This document shows, piece by piece, positions 39,800 to 51,900 of a stretch of 64,000 nucleotides of DNA. How positions within the stretch are numbered: position 1 is the first letter of the stretch; each line of letters starts with the position of its first letter. The notes below the pieces were generated by a model. It worked only from the letters and a program-made list of their open reading frames with translations, was not told the origin of the DNA and ran no database searches. Location of the stretch: NCBI GenBank assembly GCA_021613535.1, contig CP075493.1:6944001-7008000 (forward strand), in the 5' to 3' direction. A program made the position numbers and the translations under genes. The DNA is from Adineta vaga. Taxonomy: Eukaryota > Animalia > Rotifera.

Positions 39800-42700
39800 A
39801 TGACAAAAGATCGATTGCCCGCTTTACGGGCTGTAAGTTTTTCAAACGAAATATTTATGTTTTTATTTTCTCGAAACTATGATTTTTTAGGCGCAAAATG
39901 CGGAAGATAGCGATCCGGATGCCGCTTATGTCGCTATTAATATGGAAGATAACAGTCGATTTATGTCCGATTTTTTTGCTCATGTCGATTCATTACGAAC
40001 GAATATCGATAAAATAAGCGAATTGGTAGATGAAGTTAAACGTCTTCATTCAACAATTCTTGCTGCACCACAAGCAGATGATCGAACAAAAGAAGAACTT
40101 GAAGAGAAAATGGCCGATATTAAAAAATTAGCTAATGGTGTTCGACAAAAATTGAAAGGTAAGTGAAAAACAAACAAACAAAGAAAAACTTAACAAATCT
40201 CTGTATACATTTCCTTATAAAATACTTTTGTCAAAAACTAACTTTAGCAATGGAAACTGAATTAGAACAAGAAGGAAATGAAAATGCATGGCGTACAGCC
40301 GATATACGCATACGAAAAACTCAGGTTTTCTATCTATCTGTAGTCAGTTTGGGTGTTGTTTAGATATTATTTCGTTTTCTTTTTAAATTTCAATGTTGTC
40401 TTGTTTCGTCATCCTTTGTTGTTTATCCCCTTCTTCTTATTATTATTACAGAAATGGAACAACATCAAGAACAATCTCAGGCAACATCTAGCAAAACTCA
40501 AGCACAATTACGAATTGAAAAATCACAGGTAGTATAGAATAAATAAGTTGACGACACGACACGACACAATACAATTATTCATCTTCATCTTTCCCCTCGT
40601 CTTTGTTTGATGTTAAAAAAAACTTTTCGATTGAAAATACAAACAAACATGAGATAACTTTTCTATTTAGCATGCAACATTATCACGTAAATTTATTGAC
40701 GTAATGAATTCATATCGAAATGCAGAAATTGAATACCGAGAACGATGTAAAGCTCGTATTCAACGTCAACTTGAAATCAGTGAGGAATTCTAACTATTGT
40801 GTCGTGTCAAATATCTATATGCTTTTCATGTTGATCTGTCTGTCTGTCTTTTCGTCTGTCAATTTGTTTTTATTAGTTGCATAATCATTTGAAAAAATTC
40901 AATCAAATTATGATTGATTATCATCTTGCTAAAAGAAATTATCTCGAAGAAAGTAAAAAAAAATTAAAAAAACAAATAGAATTGAGTGAGTTTGAAGCTA
41001 AAATGAAATCATTTATTTTGTTCTGTGTCTTGTTTTCTGCTAAGTCTCTTTTTTTACTTCTCTATATGTATGTTTTATGCTTTTGATGTTGTTTTGCATT
41101 TATGTTGTAGTTATTTGTTTTAACACAAAAATTTCGTGATGTGATGAACGATTATAATCAAGTTCAGTTGGGTTATCGACAAAAATGCAAAGAGAGAATA
41201 CAGCGACAGCTTGAGATCAGTGAGCTTTGTTTTGCTTCTATTTATTATTATTATTATTGATGTTTACAAAATTAACGAAACACAGATTTAATCTGATCAA
41301 TTTTATGTTTTTAGCCGGACGATCAGTAACTGAAGGAGAAGTAGAAGAAATGTTAGAATCTGGTAATCCATCTGTATTTACACAAGGCGTGAGTTGAAGA
41401 ATATAAAAGTTGGAAGATAAATGTGGATGGTATCTTCTTTCTTTTGTTTTCTTGAAGATTATGGTTGAAACCGCACAAGCTAAACAATCATTAGCGGATA
41501 TTGAAGCTCGACATGGTGATATTATGAAATTAGAAAAGAGTATCAAAGAATTACATGATATGTTTATTGATATGGCTGCACTTGTTCAAACACAAGTAAA
41601 TTCTATGAAATTATATTTTTGTGAATGTATGCTTTTGTTTTTTTTCATTCAAGGGTGAAATGATTGATCGAATTGAATATAATGTTGTACAATCAGAAAA
41701 TTTTGTCAAAGCTGCAAGTACAGATACGAAAAAAGCTGTTAAATTCCAAAGTGCAGCTCGACGGGTAAGTTTTCATCCTTATCTAGTAGTTGAATGTTTT
41801 GTAATAATGCATGTTTATTGGGATCTAATACGCTTTATTCTAATACGTAAATACGCTTTTGCTTGCTTATTCACATTGCTCTCACATACACATATATATA
41901 ACGCGTTCTTCTCTTCTGATTTAAAATAACATCTACTGATCTATTATTCATGATTTTACTGATCAACTTGGATTGCTAATCATTTTTCATCAATGAACTA
42001 CATCATTAATCTTATTTAGAAAAAAATTCTGCTTATTGTATGCGCGATCATAACAGTGGTCATTGTTATACTCGTAGTTGTCATTTATTTTGTGGTTAAA
42101 AATAAGACTGAATCATCCGTAGCAGCCGCAGTAACTACAGCAGCTCCTGGAAAAAGATAGATAGATTTTATCTATGCATACGAAAACGCACTAAACATAC
42201 TAACGGCATGGCTATGAATAAGCACAAAAAATAAAACATATTACTATTCTTATTATTATTATCATTGTTATTATTATCATTTTCTATTTTGTACAAATCT
42301 TCTTCTTATTTTGTTTTCTTCTCATTTTAAAGAAATTATTTATTATTATTGGGATTATTGTGGTCGTCGTCATTGTATTGGTGATTATTTTAGCAATCGT
42401 TTTCGGTCGACAAAAATAGTTTCTCTATTTTCAATAATCTCCTTTTGATTTTTCTCTTTAAACCATATGTATAATGTATACATTTCCAAGACCGTTGATC
42501 GGCTTCTTCAATATTTTCTTTATTTGTTGTTTTTATATTTCACACGAAGGAGAAAAATATGCGAAATTTTTTCGATTTGTACAAATTTATACATTCATGG
42601 TCTTTCCAGCTCACTATTTCAAATATGCTACAGTTTTTGTTTTGTTGTGTTGTATTGTATTGTCTATGTTTGCATGAGACTTAGTATCTTATTCATTTAT

Positions 42701-43441
42701 TTCTATTTTTTTCTCATCGCTCTCTCTCTGTCTCTCTCACATCGCTTGTTAATTTGTTATGTTTATTAAATTACACACGTATTTATATAAAAAAAAAGAA
42801 ACACATCATATATTGATATTGTTTTGTAACGCAACACACAGAAAAGATACAAGTAAATCAATATATTTGTCATGTGCTTTCGTTGATTAATAAGGAATAG
42901 ATTTGTCATTATCTTGAAATCATTAAACATGATTTGTTCTTCTGTCTGTATGTCGTTCATATGTCTTCCGGTTCGCTGCCGATGAATATTGAATTATTTA
43001 TTCTCCTTCTTTTTTCCTTCTTCTTCATCATCATCGTCGTCGTCTTCTTTTCGTTATTATTGCCAAGGGACAGACTGACGTAAACACTTGAAAACCAACA
43101 AATCGTATTTTTGTCATAGAAAAAATGTTGCTTACTTACTGTCGCTGGAATCGTCTCAGCACTACTACTTCTTATCGTAACTGGTCTTGTTTTAAATGCA
43201 ATTCGATAAAAAAAAACAGAAGATCACGTATGAAAAAAGAGAATCAATTATGCAATACATATCAATCGATTTCGCTAGCATTTTGTTTGCATATTATGTT
43301 GTCTGTTTGTTGTTGAAACTATAAATGATTTGAATACTGAATCTTTGCTTTTAGAAAAAAATCATTATACTTATTTGTTTGGCTATTATTATTGTTATTC
43401 TTGGATCAATGGTAGCTGGTTGGCTTGGTATTAAAAGATAG
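39800..43441 (+). CDS. STX1: Syntaxin-1 (unc-64/Syx1A ortholog) with mutually exclusive exon clusters and four alternative terminal exons
   Basis: Exons 39800-39832, 39891-40158, [3a 40248-40324 | 3b 40452-40528], [4a 40671-40779 | 4b 40877-40985 | 4c 41111-41219], 41315-41388, 41458-41595, 41654-41764, [8a 42020-42160 | 8b 42333-42419 | 8c 43120-43209 | 8d 43355-43441]. MTKDRL; [17 protein letters not shown]; [11 protein letters not shown]. Confidence 0.95.
40549..40574 (+). promoter_or_regulatory. Putative splicing docking element TGACGACACGACACGACACAATACAA
   Basis: Complementary to 40795-40808 (14 bp perfect), 40394-40411 (16/18) and 41018-41034 (14/17), counting G-U pairs. Confidence 0.6.
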
Positions 43442-44381
43442 CGTAAGTTTAATCATTTGCTATCAACTTTTCTTCTAAATATAGAAAGTCTTAAATAAAG
43501 CTTGAGGTGTAATCTGTGAATCCATTTGAGTTATGATTAAAGAAAACATAATTTACCTTCATTTTCAAATCGTACTAGTTGATCTTTTCTTATTCGTTTA
43601 GGGCTGATTTATGTGATCGTATGATAACAATATACAACAATGTACCGATTCAAATATAAATATATATATATATATATCTTAAAATCAAATAGTTAATTCT
43701 TAGTTCTCAATTTGTCTTTTCAATATGCAAAAAGAAATGTTCTTTTTGTTCTTTTCTTTCTTTCTTTCTTTCTTTTATGTTTATGTAACAGTGCTTGTCT
43801 GTGTATTAGAATGTACTAAATGTTCAATCGGTTATACGAATTGAATACATATAGATGAAAACTTCATAGAAAAATAAATCTTTCTCTTTTTTTGTCGCTT
43901 CATGTCTACGTATGTCATGTCAGTCAAGTCAGATGAGTGGATGTTTTTGTTTCAATCCTCATGATTTGAAGATAATTCCAGTTTTATTTTATTTCGATAA
44001 TTATGCAAAAAAAAAGATTTTAAATATATATATATTATATACACATATATATCAAAACTAATCTCAATTGTCGCACTTTTATGCCTTTTCGTGTGTGCAC
44101 ATTATGCGTGCCCTTTTCTAACATGAATGTCTTCGTTTATTTCCGTGTTTGTCTGTTTTTTTTAATCACAAATGTATTACTCTCACATAGATTATTATTT
44201 TTTCCATAAGCAAAATAAAGGTCGACGATTACATCACAATTTTAGATGCATTCAAATTTCTTTGATCTTTTCGTTTTATTAAATGAAAATGTAATACAGA
44301 CTAAAAATTCATGTGAAAACAAAACAAGTTCATTCTCGTTGATGAGATTATGTCGTTTTTCTTTTGTACAAATACAAATGT

Positions 44382-45909
44382 TTACTTTGATTTTATAAAT
44401 GGTTCAAGCCATTTTTCATGTGCTGAAATTTTAGCATATACACCTGGTGCAATACTTGGAGTGACTGCTGCACCATATGATGTTATACCGAGAACAACCC
44501 ATCGGCCATCAGATTGACGAACTAATAATGGACCACCGGAATCACCACTCTAAATATATCTATATGTACATGGGATTTCTTGGAAGCTTTTGCTTACCAT
44601 AGTATCTGCTACTCGATTGTAATCACCGGCACAAACTTCTGTATTTGGATCGAAAACACTGCCATAAGAACGACGACATTGATTGTCATCAAATACACGG
44701 ACTTCAGCTGAAAAAGAAGAGATGAATGATCGAGTTTTTTTTGCAGCTTTACGAAGTAAAAAGATATTGTCCTTCTGTAAAGGGTTACAATTTGACCTTT
44801 CTTTTCTTGAGAACTATCAATTCTATAATAAATTAATGACGGAAAGTTATTGATATGAAAAGACACTTGTCAACATGATCATCAGAAACTGTTCTTCAAA
44901 GATATTTTATGTATGTAGGTGGTATTTTCTATGTACTTTTGTCATTGTTTACTTGTCAGTTCTTTTCATTTAATGTTATCAGATACTTCTCAATGTCATC
45001 TCTTTATCTTCGAACGATGAAAGACGAGACGAAAAATTGAAGGCGATTAGTGATATGATTTTTACGTTAAAATTGTTTACCTTGTTGTAATGTAAAACTT
45101 TTAAACATATTAGTTATACTATTTTGTGAACTATCACCCCATCCAATAATAATACCAGTACGATTAATAAGATCTCTTCCTTGACCGATCGTAGCATACG
45201 GCTGATATGGTAAACAGACTGAATTAATTTTTGGTCCGTAAAGTACAGATTTACTTAATTTTAGTATGGCTAAATCATTTTTACAACAATTTTCAAATTT
45301 AGGATGACGATGTATAGCACTGATCGAATAATAATTCATTGGATTTAATTTACCAAGTATTGTATGTACACCAATGATTGCTTTCATTTCATTTGCTGTT
45401 GTATGTGTTAAACAATGTGCAGCCGTCAATACTGTATTTTCATTGAGAAGTACACCGGCACAACTCCAACCATAACGAGGACTTGTAAATAATGATACCA
45501 TCCATGGCCTAACAAAATAAAAAAGAAATAAGACAAGTCAGATGAATAATACTCTTTCTTTTTTCTTCCTATACCATGTATGCCAAAGAGCATCATCACC
45601 ACCTTTAATTTTTGAAATAACAGCAGCTTGTTTATTGTAGATAGCTGGTTCATCATCTGCTGCATAACCACATCCACGTGATGTCATCGCGTGATGAGTT
45701 GATTCTGAATGTCCCATGAAAAATGCTCGAAAACGATAGAATAATTCCAAAAGATAATCTTTGATTGTTGCTGCTGTTTGAGAGATTTTATCACCTACTT
45801 TATTGAAAAATTGTCCAATATCAGACGTTGGTGCTGCCTCAATTTGAGTAATACCATTGAGAAGAAGGATGAATAGAATAAGACTCATACTGAGAATTGT
45901 ACGAGACAT
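44382..45909 (-). CDS. Secreted trypsin-like (S1A) serine protease
   Basis: Signal peptide, CG...SK-IKGG activation site, CAGVLLNENTVLTAAHC, NDLAIL, GDSGGPL, PGVY. Confidence 0.93.
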
Positions 45910-46958
45910 GATTATGAAAGATTACAATGTCTCGTTCTTTTTCTATTTATACTTATTCTTTCTTCTCTTTTTTTTCGCAGAATATACTCATTTGTCATAT
46001 TACGCATAGATGATAATCTAAACAGTTCTTTTCCTGTTATCAAAGATTACGAATATGATACATGATGAGTAATGGCGAGAGAGAAAAAAGAAGGCCTGTA
46101 CACAATGCAAAGTTCTTCGTCTAGCGTAGGCGGGACGAGATCATACATAATATAAACAGTCATTTCCTTTCTTGCGTGCTCAATCATACGACATATTAAG
46201 CATCGCATTGATATGAACGTCTGAATACGAGACCAATCTGCATAAAGTTTGAAAGATACGATAACATATTTCAGCAAAACAGCCTGTCGTTATTGACGAA
46301 TGCGCGTAGCATATTTAGAAAAGAATCTAATTAATATCCGTTCACTTTGATTTGACTCAATGATGTGAAATCTTGTTTTATTATAAACGACGCGAAATCT
46401 TTGGAATACTAATTTCATAAAAGAAGCACTGATTAATTAATCTAATAGAAGTGGTAATCATACGTATGTACTACTAAGTCATGATAAAATAAGTTATCTT
46501 ATTATATTCATGAATTCAATAGAAATTCTTATTATTTGATTTCTAATATACAAGACTTTCTTTTTCATACAGTAGTGGAAAGAAATAGAGAGTCTATTTT
46601 GATGCTTTCAAAACGAACTTTTTCTAAAATATAAAGATTATTTTCGGAAATGTCTATATTTATTTCATTCCTATGGCACAAGGCATTCTCATTTGACAAA
46701 AAAAACGAGGAAGTGAAACAATGGAGAGAACGAGAAAAACGTTAACGGCTGTAAATTACATATAATTAAAAAAGAAAACAATTGTTGTTTCGTCTTCTTC
46801 TCACCAATTGTTCAAGAAAAAAGTGAAAATCTAGACTTCTTAATGGTTTAATAGAATATATATAAATACATGTGGCTCAAATAAACAAACAAAAGTACGT
46901 TAAGTCATTCTATAGATGTTATTCAAGTTTGACTAGATCGATGTATAAAATTGAAGTT

Positions 46959-48870
46959 TTAACTAGTATGTTTAGTTGTTTCATTCGTTAATTTTTGTTG
47001 ATGTTGCTGTTGCTGCTGCTGTTGTTGTAATTGTAAATAAAATGTTTGAAACTGTTGGAATATCTCTTGTTGATTTGTTGTCGATGGATCGAAGAATGGT
47101 GAGATAGCATAGAATGGAATAAACATAGATGATGCTGCTGCTGCCGCAGCTGCAGCGGCTGCTGCAGTAGCTGTAGTACTAGTAGCAGAACTAGTTACTG
47201 ATGATGGAGTTTTATTACGTTTTGATGCTGATAAACTAATCGGTGGATGTCGTTTACGTTTTGAACATAAATTTAATGGTTGTTCGTTCGGTGGTTTTGA
47301 TGAAACAGAAAGATCTAATGGTTTAATATCATCATTGATCGATGGAAGATTTAAATTACAATGTGTTGCTGGCGGTGGAGATGGTGCTATTATTTGTTTA
47401 GTCTAATTAATAAAGAAAGCATATAAGAAAAAAGATTCTCTTTATTAAAATTTTTCAAAAACGGGCATACCGGATCTTCATTAGGCATACTGTTCGAATC
47501 ATTTTCATTATTATGCATATCTCCACTATCTGATACCATCGACTTCATCAATGAAGTTTTCGTTAAATTATGTAGGGATGGAGCAAATTTATATTTTTTT
47601 ATACAAACGTCACAACGGCAATCACCACGATGTCGAATATTCGTCGAACGAGGTGATGATGAGCTAACAGAAGATGATGAAGATGATGGAACATGATTTG
47701 TCTAAAACAAAATTTCAATTCTATCACTACAATCATCGTCTTTCTTTGATTTCTTACGTCATATTTTTGAGAATTTTCATTTTCATTATCACTACCATCA
47801 CGTGAATCGGCATCGGAATCAAGTTCTAAACAAATATATATTTCAATATCTGTCTCACTATGAAATAAATACATACCAGTTATAGTACCATCATTATTAA
47901 AAATAATTCGTCGATTACTACGAACAATTCGATTAATCGATGATACACTTGGTAATTTATCTGCTGGACAAATGCCTTCTTTTTGTAAACTTTCACGAAT
48001 TTGCCATGCGAATATTTGTGGATTATTGCCTTTATATTCGCGAATACGTCGAACAACATCCGGTGTAGCTACTTTTGGTTTCGATCCACCAATCAAGCCT
48101 GGATGAGTTGTACCAAATAAGCGATATCTATTCAAGAAATAAAACAAATATATATGAATAAATATTCGTGAAGAAGAATTTGTTTGACTGGTTTTTAATA
48201 GTATGCTATGATTAGTAACCATCACCGTGAGCTTATATTCTTACACTATATGCAAAGAAGAAGAAATAAGGGTCTATACAACATATAGAAACAACAGTAA
48301 TAACAAGACTAGTGTGACTTTTGTCTTTTTCTATCACTTACCGTTTTAATATTTTACTAACACACCCATGTGACACTTGAAGCTAGAAAAGCAAACATGG
48401 AATAAAAAGTAAAACTAAAATTTATGAGTGTTACTTGACGACTTATTTCACATGGTCGTACACCATTTTCAGCTAATGCAACTATTCGTTCTCGTGTATC
48501 GGTTGGTAATGGTCGGCCATTAATAAACTCTCCTCCAAGTTGATTCATTGATGATGAACAAAATCGATTTTTATCTAAAAAAAAGTAAACAGACAACGAA
48601 TAAATACATAATAGATCGAATAATCGTAAATTTCTTACGTCGTTTAACACCATTAGAACCATTACTTGATGTATCTTGAAAACTGTTATAAGCTAAAAAT
48701 AAAATAAATTAATTAAATTTCATGCTTTGAATATTATTTCTATTTCTCTTACAATCTTGTTTTGTTTCTTCTAAATCATTTTCGATACCATCATTTTTTT
48801 CGTCACTATTATCAGTAACGCTTATTCTGTCGTCATTATTATTCTGATCAGTCGAATGTATATCAGTCAT
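46959..48870 (-). CDS. Pax transcription factor, paired domain without a recognisable homeodomain
   Basis: [14 protein letters not shown]...[10 protein letters not shown]|[14 protein letters not shown]|[19 protein letters not shown]...IFAWQIRE...[11 protein letters not shown]; C-terminal PLDLS and PLNLC motifs, poly-Ala, poly-Gln. Confidence 0.9.
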
Positions 48871-48949
48871 TGGTGTATCAGCGATAATCAAAAAGAATCA
48901 AACGAGAAAAAGAACTAGCAATAAATGCTTGTCATGATCTAAAATGGAA

Positions 48950-51900
48950 CAAATTTAGTTAAACACGTACTGCAATCGATACTCGTTTCGTTTTCTTTCT
49001 TTTTGTACAGATCTGATTGTGCATGACTAATACATACTTATTTTGTTATTGCTTTTTTCTCTTCTTCTTCTTCTTCTACGGTACATCTACTGTTGATAGT
49101 TTGGTGCTACGATCAGGTTTTTTTCTAATACTTCGAACGAAGAGTGTGAAGCTGCTGCTTCACTGGCAACAGCCGAAAAAAAATAGAAGGACATTTTTCA
49201 AGATTATAGATGCGGCTGTCGTCGTCATCGCCCACACTCTTCTCATTAACGATCGATTTTGTTCACGCACGAGTTCTCTTCGTTGCCGTCAGTACTGCCT
49301 TTCCTTTGACTCTTTTACTCTCCTTGTGAAGCAAGCAGCCGCGTCCATATATGAAGAACAGAAATAGTAGTAAAAAAAAGAGAGAGAGAGAAGAGAAAAA
49401 AAGAAAATGCCAGACGTGCGTTCGCGTAGTGTAAAAAGGAGAGAAACAGACACGCTTCATCTACTCGAGTAATCAGCCGCCCGGCAACACATACATACAT
49501 ACATACATCGATGTCTGACTACAAACTACAGAATCAACACACTTGATGATTACCAGAATAAAAGAAAAGAAGGAAAAAATGAGAATCGAGAAGAATTCGT
49601 AGAAGCGTGACTAATCGCATGTGTAACGAAGCAAATAGCATACGATGTTGTGTGCATGTGTATGCATATGAAATGAAAGCGAGAGAAGGAGAGCAGAGTG
49701 AGAGACGAAGAAGAAAAATAAGACAGGTTGTTTCCTGTTTTTGAGTCAAGTAAATGTATTTGAGTGAAAAAAAGATGGGAAAGAAAAAAAAATGTATTGA
49801 GAATAGTGAGCTACTTATGCGTGAAAGACAATGATTTTTCTTCTTATATGCTTTTACTTATTTTTTTTTTGCATTCACCTATATTGGCACCGTGTATGTA
49901 TGTGCATGTTGGCAACGATGCGATGTAGAATGCGATCGACGAACGAACGACACGCATATGAAGCGAGAGAAGTAAAGCAAGAGAGAGAATAGCGGCGCCG
50001 TTCGTTGTTCATCATGTGGAACGAATCTTATTTCTCTTTATTTTTCTCGCTTTCTCTACTCATTGCTAATGCTGATGCGTTTGCTCTCTCTCTCTTCCTC
50101 TCTTCCAGACATATCATCAAGCAGCCGTGCCCGCCCTACTTTAACCTATGGAGAGAAAAGTGCTTACATATACACTCACATACTCACTCAAACGTTCGGT
50201 CATGCGTCGTTCCACACACAAAGACACACACACAGAAAATGACGTAAAGCTTTTCACTGCCTGTTTAAAGATTAGACATGTAGAACCTTGACACTACACA
50301 TAGAGATGATAGACAACTCAATTAGAGCGATAAATCGTTGTCATCAATCAAATGAGGTATAAAAAAAGACGAGAAAATATGAAATAAAATAAAATAAAAA
50401 AGAAGGAAAATATATGAATCAAGAAAAGAAAACATAATTAAACGTCACACATTTACTTATGATGAACGTTAGACAAGAGAATATAATGAGGTGAAGTGTA
50501 ATGCACGTTGAATTACTACGATATATATATATATATATTGGTTGCTATTTGCCGTGGACCAACAATGCGCAAAAGAGAAACGAAGAAAAATTGGTAGTGA
50601 GCGAAAAGGTGATCCGCTTTAGTCCGTCATTCATCCATCTCATTCTCTCCTACTTCTTTTTTTTTTCTATATGTATGTATTACTCGCCCTATTGGCTTTG
50701 GTTCACCATAATAGTGATGAAATCATGTATTTTGTATGTACATTCTTTACATTCACATACAAACTGTGAACATCTATACAACGATATAATCATGTAGTTC
50801 TCTGATCGGTGATGATGTGGGTGTTGCTATCGAAGAGTACTGTATGTAAACGGCATCGAGTGACACGCATCACGGTTCGATTATTCTTTGTTATTGGCGC
50901 TTTTGAATGGCACGACTATGATGAAAAGAACAAACGTGTGATATACACTCTCCTATACTGAAAAGGAACGAAGAATAAAGAACGAGAAATGATTACACTG
51001 TGTATAAATGAGTATATATGTGTGTGTGACGCATATGTAAAAACACGCGGTAGTGCCACTATACTCCTGAAGAAATGGAGAAGCGTACAATATACACCAA
51101 AGTAAAAGGGTGTATTGTTGTGTTGATGACAATAAGACAAGCTTAAACGAACGAACAAACGAACGAATTGAAGGATGACATTTAGACACCTGTATTTGTT
51201 CAAGCTGATAAGGCCATGGATAATATTCACCATCGTTGCGCTCGGAGAATTTAGTCTATTCTTACTTATTTCATTTAGAAATATATTCGTTGAATTCTTT
51301 CTTTGCTTGAATACCTTCATTCTTTCGTCGTTTTAACCAAAGTCATACTCTATGCTTACCTTCTTACCATCTTTTATTTTTATTCTTGTTTGTCTTTGTC
51401 CCTCTGCCTTCTTTTCTCTCTCTCTCTCTCTCTCTCACTTTCTTGATAGATACAAAACGGCATGCCGTGTGCACCAACACTCACGTCGCGTTGTCTCATT
51501 TCGTTTGTTCCGTTCTCGGCGCGGTTCGGTTTCGCTCTACGCGCTTTTAATCTTTTTGCCCCTTCACCGTGTACGTCTATGTGTATACACGAGTGAGTAT
51601 GTGTGTGTGTATGCTCGTTTCTCTCTTTGTGTATGTCAGCTATTGATTCTTTACAAATACACACACGCATGCGCGCTTGCATATACACTCACATACACAT
51701 AGAGACGATGATGGGAAGAGGGACACATCGAGAAGGTGGGTGGAAGAACGATTGAGAAAAAAGAGGGAAAGACAGAAGATCACCTTCTTTGTGCATATAT
51801 ATATAAATCTTGCCACACAAAATGACTGTTATGCTGTTTATTTGATATATGACTGTCGGGGGGTAAATGTAGTCTCGCATTTCGTTCCATTCCGATGACG

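Noticed and set aside
40166-40650. Extra pairings between (AAAC)n and (GTTT)n tracts around exons 3a/3b
   Set aside because: Low complexity with several equivalent partners; not distinguishable from chance.
43067-43091. Fifth, TM-less terminal exon (AAG|GQTDVNT*)
   Set aside because: Supported only by a plausible acceptor; too short to assess without transcripts.
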